From NCBI RefSeq assembly GCF_006345805.1, contig NC_043011.1, positions 12,970,464 to 13,034,463 of the forward strand: a stretch of DNA of 64,000 nt, given 5' to 3'. Both the position numbers and the translations under genes were made by a program. Each line of letters starts with the position of its first letter. The first letter of the stretch is position 1. Source of the DNA: Octopus sinensis. Taxonomy: Eukaryota. A model generated the notes under the pieces. The model ran no database searches and was not told the origin of the DNA. It saw only the letters and a program-made list of their open reading frames with translations. This document shows positions 52,651 to 64,000 of the stretch, one piece after another.

Positions 52651-53036
52651 CTTACTCTCTTTACTTGTTTCAGTCATTTGACTGTGGCCATGCTGGAGCA
52701 CCACCTTTAGTCGAGCAAATCGACCCCGGGACTTATTCTTTGTAAGCCCAGTACTTATTCTATCGGTCTCTTTTGTCGAACCGCTAAGTGACGGGGACGT
52801 AAACACACCAGCATCGGTTGTCAAGCAATGCTAGGGGGACAAACACAGACACACAAACATATACACACACACTTATATATATACATATATACGACAGGCT
52901 TCTTTCAGTTTCCGTCTACCAAATCCACTCACAAGGCATTGGTCGGCCCGGGGCTATAGCAGAAGACACTTGCCCAAGATGCCACGCAGTGGGACTTAAC
53001 CCGGAACCATGCTTACCACACAGCCACTCCTGCGCC
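52651..53036 (-). mobile_element. SINE family A
   Basis: Near full-length match with small deletion in the head. Confidence 0.85.
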
Positions 53037-53423
53037 TTGTCTAAAATAATCAGAGAATAAGTGTGTGACCCCAGCCATGATGACAGTAAGGCTCAATTAA
53101 AAACTTCACATCATGTCTACGTGACATTTTAATTCTTTTATTCTTTCATTTGTTTCAGTCGTTTGACTGCGGCCATGCTGGAGCACCGCCTTTCGTTGAA
53201 GAAAGCGACCCCAGGACTTATTCTTTGTAAACCTAGTACTTACTCTATCGATCCCTTTTGCCGAACCGGTCATGTTACGGAGACGTAAACACACCAACAT
53301 CGGCTATCAAGCGATGGTGGGAGGACAAACACACATACACACACACATACATATATATATGTATGTGTGTCTGTGTGTGTATATGTATGTATATGTATGT
53401 ATATATATATATGTATGTATATA

Positions 53424-53456
<33 letters not shown>

Positions 53457-53849
53457 CTAGCAGTATCGCCCGGCGTTGCTCGGGTTTGTAAGGGAAATAA
53501 TTATATAAGCATTTTTAGAGATGTAAAGTATAATAGCCATTTCAATATGGCTAACCACAAAGGGGGAGGGGTGTTACTGTAGCTTTTTACGTTCTGAGAT
53601 TTAATAATAAATTTTAGAGAGTTACTTCCCTTATATATGTCAAAAATGGATTAAAAATGGGAAAATTGATGGTAAATTTTTTTTAAATCGTAGACTCATC
53701 GTAGACGCGCGCTAATACCCAGACGGTCTCGATATGAATCACGACTATAAGATACCCGGTTTTGGTTAAACTGCACCGCAAAATGTGGGAGTAGTTAGGA
53801 ATCTAAATCGTAGGAGACAGACACACAACCTCACTTTTATATATAAAGA
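53457..53849 (-). mobile_element. Non-autonomous Helitron inserted in a (TA)n tract next to a SINE A fragment (53132-53345)
   Basis: Reverse complement begins TC and ends hairpin + CTAG; same family as 10685-11082. Confidence 0.85.
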
Positions 53850-53947
53850 TTTCCTCTATTTACATAATATTGAGGTCTCTTTCTTTCTTTTGTTATCTTA
53901 CTGTTTTTACCAATATACATATATATATATTATAAATATATATATAG

Positions 53948-54268
53948 TTACAGAGATGTACTTGCATAGCAAGTGACTTGATCTGAGATCGTGTGCTGGA
54001 ACGAAAACAGTTGCAGCGTTGAAGGTGTTTATAAGCCATTTAAGAAACACACAAAAACCGTTAGATTCACTTCAACATTTAAATTTAATTTGTCAAAATA
54101 TTTTCGTCGCTTTGAGACCGCGACCTGTTAGCACGATATTTTTGTCAGTGAACAGGTCGCGGTCTCAAGCGACGAAAATATTTTGGCAAATTAAATTTAA
54201 ATGTTGAAGTGAATGTAACGGTTTTTGTGTGTTTCTTAAATGGCTTACAAACACCTTCCAGGCTGCAA
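53948..54268. mobile_element. Inverted pair of Penelope pseudo-LTR-like repeats; G3-C8 hammerhead at 54141-54190 (+)
   Basis: ~118-bp arms 54011-54129 and 54151-54268; same family as 42392-42575. Confidence 0.75.
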
Positions 54269-54632
54269 TATATATATACACACATATATATATATATGTA
54301 TGTATGTATGTGTGTGTATATGTGTATGCATGTATGTGTGTGTGTGTGCGTGTCTGTGCTTGTGATTGTCCTCCACCACTGCTTGACAACGAATGTTGGT
54401 TTGTTTACATCCCTGTCACCTAGTGGTTTGACAAAGGAAACAGATAGAATAAGTACAATGCTTACAAAAATAAAAGTGGAGTTGATTCATTAAACTACAA
54501 TCTTCAAGGCATTGCCCCAGCATGGCCACAGACCAATGGCTGGAAAAAGCAGAAGAATAAAAGAATACATTCTCTGCTTTGGTCTTATGTTCAAGGCATG
54601 AGAAAGCTTGAGCTTACATGAGAAGGCCTAAC

Positions 54633-55110
54633 AGACCTGGTAGAAACAGCAGCCAAATCTCCCTCAAATCACACCTTACTGTCTTATGTATGTATATATA
54701 TATGAGCCAATGAGGGGGACCTCTACATGGTAGCTAGACCTGGTAGAGAATAGCAGCCAAATTTCCCCCAAATCACACCTTACTGTCTTATCTATGTATA
54801 TATGTATGTATGAGCCTATGAGGGAGACCCCTACATGGCAGCTAGACCTGGTAGAAATAGCAGCCAAATTTCCCCCAAATCACACCTTACTGTCTTATCT
54901 ATGTATATATGTATGTATGAGCCTATGAGGGAAACCCCTACATGGCAGCTAGACCTGGTAGAAATAGCAGCCAAATTTCCCCCAAATCACACCTTACTGT
55001 TATCTATGTATATATGTATGTATGAGCCTATGAGGGAGACCCCTACATGGCAGCTAGACATGGTAGAAATAGCAGCCAAATCTCCCTCAAATCACACCTT
55101 ACTGTCTTAT
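54633..55110. repeat. Minisatellite, ~4.5 units of 103-108 bp
   Basis: Unit starts at 54633, 54736, 54844, 54951, 55056. Confidence 0.92.
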
Positions 55111-55621
55111 CTTCTGCTACTTGGATATAGGTGTTATATTCGTCGTAAAAAACTTTCCTGTCACACACTCACGCACACGCACACACACACACACACGCAC
55201 CCTCACACACCACACACACACCCCACACACACCCACTCACACACACGCACGTTAGCTTACAATTTTATTTATATATTTGCGTGTATGGTTGATGTGAGAA
55301 AGAGAAGTGGGAGGCAGAGTGAAAGAATTACTCACTACAGTAAGTCAATTACTTTCATTTTATTCGTTGCCCACTGTGTGTGTGCGTTTGCGTGTGGTGT
55401 AAACCAGACTAAGAAAAGCATTTGACACACACACCAGAATGTGAGTTTTCTGTAAATTTTGCTTAATTGGAGTTTAAATTTTAAAAACTGGACCTGGCAT
55501 GACGCGATGCATTGTACTCTTAAAATGCAAGGTAAATTGTAATTGAAGAAATGCTATATTGTAGATTTGTATAACTCCCAAAGGGAGGCAGATAAAATCT
55601 GCCTTTTATAATAAGAGATAT

Positions 55622-55736
<115 letters not shown>

Positions 55737-56457
55737 TGTATGTATGTATCTATAAAAAATACAAAATAGGACAAGAACGCAAAACATCCAGATAGACGAT
55801 ACAAAGAAAACAAGGACTTATCATTCAGAGTTTTCTTTCCTCAGTCGAGTTCCAATCTGGCCAGCCCCAAGGAAAACTAAGCTAAGAGTATTAGATTCCT
55901 TGGAAGAAAGCATCGAATGTATACGAAAACAAGGACGGGAAAAAATGGAGAAAGTTACACGAATACAAATAACAGGACATAACAACAAGTGTCTTTCGAC
56001 TAAGGACGAATTAAATTAAGCTGACGTGTATGGAAGTAAAGCTTTACGGTAGGGACACAAGATTTCACTGGCACAGAGAAGAATATAGATGTTGCACAGA
56101 CAGCAGCCGAACCAAGAAAGAAAGGTCAAGCTTGGCCGAACACCGGTCACGTGGGGAGAGAAGAGAGAGAGAGGTAGAGGCAGCGGGACAGAAGAAATAA
56201 GGAGGGGCGAGAAAAGATGACAGGGAGACAGTGAAGTGAAAAGAGGAGGGAAAGTGAGCATGAAGAGAAAGCAATGAAATGTGAGGGAGGGGCAACGAAA
56301 GAACGAAGAGTGGAATGAACGGAATTAGCGTGAAAAGGCTGATAGAAAGAAGGAAAGAATAAAAAAGGAAAGAATAAAAGAATAAAAGAATGGAGTCGTA
56401 CAAGATTTAGATAAATATTTACTTGCATATAAGAGACTAAAGTGTACATACGCCACT

Positions 56458-57137
56458 AGGCGCAGGAGTGGCTGTGTGGTAAGTAGCTTGCTTACCAACC
56501 ACATGGTTCCGGGTTCAGTCCCACTGCGTGACACCTTGGGCAAATATTTTCTACTATACATGCATACATGTACCAATGTGTATGCGTATGCGTGTGCGAT
56601 TGCAGTTGCGCGTTATTCGCTACTTTGTCTCAGTCACAAGAATTGTGCGTGTGAGCTTGTGTGTATGTGTCGGCGTGTGCGCATGTGTGCACTGGAGCGG
56701 CTGTGTGGTAAGTAGCTTGCTTACCAGCCACATGGTTCCGGGTTCATTCCCACTGCGTGGCACCTTGGACAAGCGTCTTCCATTATAGCCTCGGACCCAC
56801 CAAAGCCTTGTGAGTGGAATGGTGGACAGAAACTGAAAGAAGCCCGTTGTATATATGTATACATGTATGTGTGTGTCTGTATTTGTCACCCTACCGTCGC
56901 TTGACAACCGATGTTGATGTGATTACGTCCCTATAACTTAGCAGTTCGGCAAAAACACCGATAGAATAAGAACTAGGCTTACAAAGAATAAGTCCTGGGG
57001 TCGATACACACACACACATATACGACAGGCTTCTTTCAGTTTCCGTCTACCAAATCCATTCACAAGGGTTTGGTCGGCCCGAGGCTATAGTTTCTTTCAG
57101 GCTATAGTAGAAGAAACTTGCCCAAGGTCCCACGCAG
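56458..57137. mobile_element. Cluster of SINE family A pieces (56458-56556 +, 56693-57004 +, 57005-57137 -)
   Basis: Matches to family A head and body. Confidence 0.8.
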
Positions 57138-57469
57138 ATTGCAACAATTCCAGATGAGACTATTCTACAGCAATCTGCCTGAGTGAACGACACTTTGTTA
57201 AAATTAAGTCGGTCAAAATAGTTTTGACAGACCCACCACAAACAGAAGAAAAGACTATATTTTCTGAGTCAGGTGTCACCAATTGTTTGATTATAATATA
57301 TATGTTTTTAATAGCTATGAGTAATTCGTTTAGTGGGCATATTGTTCCAGTTTATTGAATGCTATAGCTTGTTGCCTTAAAAATCCACCGAGCGAGTTGG
57401 CAGTTCACACAGCTCAAGATCCTTGCCAACCATTGTTCAGTACTTTCAGGGCTTGGCTGTACATAACTC

Positions 57470-57521
<52 letters not shown>

Positions 57522-58043
57522 TGTGTATGTGTATACGAGTGTGTGTGTACGAGTGTGTGTACGAATGTGTGTACGAGTGTATATGTGTACTTGTGTATGC
57601 TTGTGTGTGTGTGTATGTGTGAGAGAGAGAAAGGCTTCCACACAGTTTTCGTCTATGAAATTCCACTTACAAGATATTGCTCAACTCGAGGCTACACCAG
57701 AACTTTCTCAATGCCCCACACAATAAGATAGAACCGGAAACCACGTGGTTACGAAGCCAACTTCTGAATCACAAGTCGGCATGCATTAGGCTAAGCCACA
57801 TCGGTTAACGTGCAAGTTTTGGTTCGTGCTTTTATTGATTTTTCTTCCTTCTAGCTTGTCTGCATAACTCAAAAGACACTCGTATATTCCACAACTTTGA
57901 TGTAGAACCATTGATTAGCAGTAAATTCCTGACCCGCTGAGTCCACCCTTTAGTTTCTGTCGCGACCAATTCACTTTATTTACGTTGTTAATCTTCTGAG
58001 AGAAAATCCCTCGTTAGAGAAAGCATAACAAGACGATAATACC

Positions 58044-58461
58044 TATTTCTTTACTATCCACAAGGGGCTAAACACAGAGAGGACAAACAAGGACAGACAA
58101 TCGGATTAAGTCGATTACATCGACCCCAGTGCGTAACTGGTACTTAATTTATCGAACCCGAAAGGATGAAAGGCAAAGTCAACCTCGGCGGAATTTGAAC
58201 TCAGATCGTAGCGGCAGACGAAATACCTATTTCTTTATTACCCACAAGGGGCTAAACACAGAGGGGACAAACAAGGACAGATATAGGTACTAAGTCGATT
58301 ACATCGACCCCAGTGCGGAACTGGTACTTAATTTATCGACCCCGAAAGGATGAAAGGCAAAGTCGACCTTAGCGGAATTTGAACTCAGAATGTAACGGCA
58401 GACGAAATACCGCTAGGCATTTCGTCCGGCGGTGCTAACGTTTCTGCCAGCTCACCGCCTT
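58044..58461 (-). mobile_element. SINE family B dimer with Tx1-like tail
   Basis: 16-bp TSD ACAAGACGATA(A/G)TACC at 58028-58043 and 58462-58477; internal junction at GGTATTTCGTC. Confidence 0.88.
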
Positions 58462-58857
58462 ACAAGACGATAGTACCAACAACCAAAATTTCTATTCTAA
58501 TTAATGCGGCTTAACCAATGGATACAGACACCTGTTTAAGACAGTCACTTCGCGACCCGTGGTATCGAGTTTGATACATCAACCATGGGAAAGTATCTTA
58601 TATCGTAGTTTCGGGTTCAACAATATCCTATTAGTGGAATCCTCCTCCAACAACTTGTATCAAAATTATCTCGGATTTATTTAACGGTGATTATAAACCA
58701 TAGATGTTTGTATTTTATACATTTGTTACTTTTCTGGGCAGTGTAATGGAGGAGACGTTCTAACATGATGGACTTTCTATATTGTTCAGTGAATGAGGCT
58801 GTCCATACTATTCATTCATCTTCCAACCGAAATCAATGTTAGATCTTTTTTTTTTTT

Positions 58858-59650
58858 AAGGCAGCGAGCTGGCAGAATCGTTATGCTTTACGTTCTGAGT
58901 TCAAATTCCACCGAGGTCGGCTTTGCCACTCATCCTTTCGGCGTCGATAAAATAAGCATCAGTTGAGTACTGGGGTCGATGTAACTGACTTACCGCTCCA
59001 CCGAAATTGTTGGCCACGTGACAAAAATTTGAAATCAGCATTATTATTATTAATTAGGAGCCGAAAGCGGCGAACTGGCAGAACCGTTAGCATACCGGGC
59101 GAAATGCTTAGCGATATTTCGTCTACCGTTACTTTCTGAGTTCAAATTCCGCCGAGGTCGACTTTGTCTTTCATCCTTTCGGGGTCGGTAAATTAAGTAC
59201 CAGTTTCACACTGAGGTCGATATAATCGACTTAATCCGTTTGTCTGTCCTTGTTTGTCCCCTTTGTGTTTAGCCCTTTGTGGGTAGTAAAGAAAGAGATA
59301 GGTATTTCGTCTGCTGCTACGTCCTGAGTTCAAATTCCGCCGAGGTCGACTTTGCCTTTCATCCTTTCGGGGTCGATTAAATAAGTACCAATTACGCACT
59401 AGAGTCGATATAATCGACTTAATCCGATTGTCTGTCCTTGTTTGTCCCCTCTGTGTTTAGCCCCTTGTGGGTAATAAAGAAATAGGTATTTCGTCCGTCT
59501 TTACGATCTGAGTTCAAATTCCGCCGAGGTCGACTTTGCCTTTCTTTCTTTCTTTCAGGGTTGATGAAATAAATATCAGTTGAGCACTGGGGTCGATGTA
59601 CTCGACTTACCCCTCCCCCGAAATAGCTGGGCTTGTGCCAAAATTTGAAC
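58858..59650 (+). mobile_element. SINE family B monomer (58858-59036) and nested trimer (59064-59650)
   Basis: Units restart at GGTATTTCGTC (59301, ~59485) straight after the AAAGAAA(GAG)ATA tail. Confidence 0.85.
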
Positions 59651-60030
59651 CCAATATTAGATCAGTTATTAGCGCTATCACTATATTTTACATCTCAACT
59701 TTGTTTCAGGTGTATCTGGTTGATTGTCTTGTAACAAATGAGATGAAATTTTCAGTTATTACTTATCACTAAAGAAGATTGGCTGAACCATTTAATAATA
59801 CTGGTCATAAATTTTTGATACTGCCATTGCTCTGAAGCTTAGAACAGTTTAGGGCTTTGTTTTGAGGGGAGGCGTGGGTGATCTTTCGTGTATCAACACT
59901 TTAATACTTTCATACATTATTTCCATTATAGAAAAATGATTAGAAATATTGAATTTCTAAATGTCTCAAAGAGACATGAGCGGTGGTGGAGCGATAGAGT
60001 GGTTGTATAAAGTCAACATAACGTGACAGT

Positions 60031-60349
60031 CCCGTAGAGGGAATTACACCACTCCTATATAGCCCTAGGAAGCATCGACGCTTCCTGTCGGCTTCGGCAC
60101 ATTTCCTATGTCCTTATATTTGCAAAGCGGGGAGGCTTGGCAAGTATCACCGCTAACGGGGACACGCTACCCTGGACTGATGACGGGCAAGACCCAGAAA
60201 CATGCATGTCTTCAAGGCTGCTAGTCCTAGCTGGAGGGGGTGCTTGCCTCCCCTTTGCGAATATAAGGACGCAGGAAATGTGTCAAAGCCAACAGGAAGC
60301 GTCGATGCTTCCTAAGGCTAAATAGCGGTGGTGTGATTCCCTCTACGGG
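60031..60349. mobile_element. Foldback element with ~105-bp inverted arms and a central hammerhead motif (60170-60217, +)
   Basis: Termini CCCGTAGAGGGAAT / ATTCCCTCTACGGG; centre ccctgga CTGATGA cggg-caaga-ccca GAAA catgcatg TC ttcaagg. Confidence 0.75.
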
Positions 60350-61699
60350 AAAAAATAATATTTTGCTCTTAAGTCCTTCCAGCTTGTCCTTCGTTTGGGG
60401 TGGTCATTTTGCATCGAACAGTTTATGAAATTGCCCTTTTTGAAAATATGGCATCTACATTTCGTCTTGATAATAATTTCATTTACTGTGTGTTTGGGTA
60501 TATGCGCGTGTTTGTGTGTGTGTGTGTGTGTGAATGTTTCATTGCAAAATTTTCTGTATATTGAAAACGGTTTTAATCCCTAACATATCCGTTATTCTTG
60601 GCATTTGATTAATCTCTAATGCTGTGTTTCAACGATAGTTATCTTTATGTATATAATAACTTGTCCACTTGAGCTAAGTATTTACATACGTATTTCTAAT
60701 ACAACCCTTACGTTTTCCCATCAATGTTTACAGTGATAAAGATCGTTTCCTACGCTTTTGTTTTTATTTTTATTTTGTTTTTGTGTTATTTTTGTTTTTG
60801 TTGTTTTTTTTAGTTTGTTTGTTTTTTTGTGTTTAACTTGTTCTATCTTCACTCTATCCTGAAATAGAATAATGGATCTTAACTTGAAAATTCTTTTGTC
60901 ACATGTGAAACACAGATGCAAATAACAAAGAAATTAATTTCTGAAGATGACTTTTGATTAATGGGGAAATGGAAATAATGAGAATGTAATGGTAGTTATA
61001 AGTATATAGAGAGGAGAGAAAAGAATGTATGCTAAAATGAGGAAAATGGTCAAAAGGAATAGGTGAGGAAAGAAAGAAAGAAAGAAAGAAAGAAAGAAAA
61101 TGAAAAAAGAGTGTTAGTTGGTGGTCAAGAAATTATGAGGGGTGGGAGAGGAGTAGGAGAGGGATAGGAAGAGTTAAGAATGTAAGGAATGAATATGTGT
61201 GAGGAGTGGGAGGTGGGGTGGTATGCTTGAAAGGCACTAAGGTGGAGGGATGGATACAGAAAATGGTACGGGGTGGTTACTAAAGTGAGTAGTAAACCTC
61301 AAAATGAAGAGAAGAATAATAAGATATAATGGTCAAGTTTCTAAAAATAGACAGAGGTATTTATTTTACTGGCTGAGAAATCAGAGAGAGAAAGAAGGAA
61401 GTGTATATTGATATACGCATGCGCGCACACACATAGATATATGTATGTATATGCACTATTATATAGGCCTGCATATTTATGTACTTAAACTCATACGCAT
61501 ATGTGCATATATACACACACACACACACACCTGTAGATATATGCATACACATACGTACATAAATATGTATACACATACACGCACACACACGCGCACACGC
61601 ATGCACACACACACGCACACACACACACACACACATGTCCATACACATGCACGCATACATGTATACATGTCCATATATGTATGTGGTTATTGAATATTT

Positions 61700-62520
61700 C
61701 CTCAGTGGATGAGAGATCAGATATATGAACTGAGATACCCATAATTATATTATCAAAGGGGGATTTGTGGTGATTGGAATTAATGTTTAAATACTTAAGG
61801 TATTTGTTAGGTTTGTGATATGAAGAGTAATGGGAGGTTTCTAAATTTAAAGTTACGTCTAAAAAATTAGTGGTTTAATGGGAATTTTCAAAAGTAATAG
61901 ATAGGTTGAGGTTAGAGAAAAGTTTGTGTAGATCTTTCCTAACTCGTTCAAAAGAAGATTTATTAACGCCCTTGGTGACTACCAAAGCGTCATCTCTGTA
62001 GAGGCCTCCCTTGATGTTAGGGAAATGTATTCGGAGCTGGCGGTGTATGTATAGTCCAACGTGGCCGTTGACTTGGGCGGAGTCGGATGATCCCATAGTA
62101 ATGTCAAATAATTTGCTATGGTTATTGTTATTGTTATAGTGGTTGGCTCGGCACCAAAGAAATAAGCGTTTTACGGGTATTAAGAATTATGTTAATTTTT
62201 AGTGGGGTTAGATTAGATTTCTAGCCAGAAGGAGAGCTTGATTAAGAAGTTTGGAATAAATAGAAAAATAGTAATTATTTATATAGAACTGTAGGAAAGA
62301 AAAGTTTTTGTTGTTTAAGAGATGGAACCATTTTATGACTTCGCCTGTACAGGACCATAAGTTGGCATTCAATTTCTCTTTGACGATTGGTATTATCCAG
62401 AATATTTTTGCTAATTCTTCTCACGTCGGATTTGGTAGGGCATATGAGGTAGGGCGTATAGATAGTTTGGTTATGAAGTCCTTTTTATGAAGTGTGGAGA
62501 TATAGGCAGTAGGGTTCTGT
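61700..62520 (-). mobile_element. Degraded Penelope-like RT fragment
   Basis: MGSSDSAQV, GLYRDDAL, NFLDVTLNL..YHKPN..SNH motifs. Confidence 0.8.
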
Positions 62521-62540
62521 GCGATATATATATATATATA

Positions 62541-63020
62541 TACAAGATAAGAAAATGGAGAAATACATCTAAATCAAATATCAATTATCAGATAATACTC
62601 AATCACATACTTTATTAAACCACCACATAAGAGACTGTAGGGTTAAACATAAAAAAGCAGAACAAATCAGGGTACATAAAGGAATGTACATAAAAAAGTG
62701 TACTACCATAATAGGCTAATATTGGTAAAATGAGACATACTTATCTACATGACCGAAACAGCTGTAAGATGTAATCTATACTTATATTTATATTTACTTA
62801 TATTTATATTCTCTTTTTTATATATATTCTACTTATTATACAACATTACTCTTTTATGTACACTTTTTTTTGTACATTCCTTTATGTACACTGATTTGTT
62901 TTGCTTTTTTATGTTTAACCCTACAGTCTCTTATGTGGTGGTTTAATAAAGTATGTGATTGAGTATTATCTGATAATTGATATTTGATTTAGATGTATTT
63001 CTCCATTTTCTTATCTTGTA
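62541..63020. repeat. Inverted Penelope pseudo-LTR-like pair (62541-62703 / 62858-63020) with half hammerhead at 62755-62771
   Basis: ~163-bp inverted arms; GAAACAGCTGTA with palindromic stem III but no CTGANGA. Confidence 0.7.
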
Positions 63021-63206
63021 TTAGTAATTTGTGGTAAATCATATTACATTTGCCCATATAATACAGTAAATGAATTGATTGCATCGCAATCCTTAACATT
63101 TATGTATTAACTTTGTTGGGTACTTCACTTGAAGTATATTGGATATATGTTATCCCATGGAGGGTTGCATTTACAACCCCTATCTCAATTTGTAACTATA
63201 TATATA

Positions 63207-63292
<86 letters not shown>

Positions 63293-63420
63293 TCCTTCAG
63301 TTCCGTCTACCAAATCCATTCACAAGACTTTGGTCAGCCCGAGGCTATAGTAGAAGGCATTCACCCAAGGTGCCACGCATTGAGACTGAACTCGATACTA
63401 TGTGGATGGGAAGCAAGCTT
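63293..63420 (-). mobile_element. Diverged SINE family A head
   Basis: TTCAGTTCCGTCTACCAAATCC...CCCAAGGTGCCACGC. Confidence 0.7.
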
Positions 63421-64000
63421 TTATCTGTCCTTAGCACATGTCTATGAAAAGATTTTGTCTCAGACAAGCCTTGTCTACACCAAGTCTTCTAACGGTCTAT
63501 ATACATTTAGTATATTACACTTGATGGTGATTTTAATTTAATGTTATTTCAGTTGTGTATATCAAGTTTTTCTAAAGCTCGGCAAGCTTCTGTGATACCA
63601 GTGAATTTTCTTTTTATTTACTGTTTCTTATATATCGAGTCACGATAATCGGGTGCCTGGCATTAACCAACCGCAACAAAGGCAAAACACGTCTCGTTCT
63701 CGTCAGTCATTGCAGCCATGATGTTCGTCTTGCTCCGTTATGTTTTGTGTATTTTTAACGCAAATCCACGAGAAGAATTTATCTCAGACAACAACTTAAC
63801 GTTAAGCTTTGGCACATTTAGTATGATATACAGATGGCAATATATATGCGCGCGCGTGTGCGTGCGTGTGTGTGTGTATTTATGTGTGTGCATTTATGTG
63901 TGTATTTATATATGTATATATTAATTTCTTTATTGCTCACAGGGCGGGCTAAACATAGAGGGGGCTAAACATAGGATCAAGTCGATATCATCGACCCCAG

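Noticed and set aside
54633-55110. CRISPR-like regular repeats and 196-aa ORF 54835-55425
   Set aside because: Whole units repeat with no unique spacers, no cas genes, eukaryotic context

Overview
AT-rich, microsatellite-dense metazoan genomic DNA. The repeat landscape (several tRNA-derived SINE families with internal (CA)/(TA) tracts, RTE, Penelope, Tx1-like, mariner, hAT, Helitron) looks like an octopus/cephalopod intron or intergenic region; this is inferred, not proven. Nearly all ORFs in the supplied track are microsatellite or SINE artefacts. One convincing host exon is visible: a minus-strand first coding exon at 26360-26275 (MSQAEIGTISELHLHRMNRNRRHTLANVR) with a good start context and a CG|GTGAGT donor. 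Most notable observations: (1) two different ORF1-only Tx1/L1-like retroelements stacked at one ~20-bp site just upstream of a mariner transposase ATG, and a SINE sharing one of their 3' ends that inserts into its own head; (2) many hammerhead ribozyme motifs in Penelope-like repeats, including canonical C3-G8 plus compensatory U3-A8 and G3-C8 cores, one with a long stem II and one inside a foldback element; (3) an HDV-like ribozyme fold at the 5' end of a near full-length RTE; (4) an unexplained ~390-nt structured island at 33.0-33.4 kb; (5) Merlin-like MITEs carrying telomeric repeats and linked to local rearrangements. All calls were made by eye; no searches or folding programs were run.
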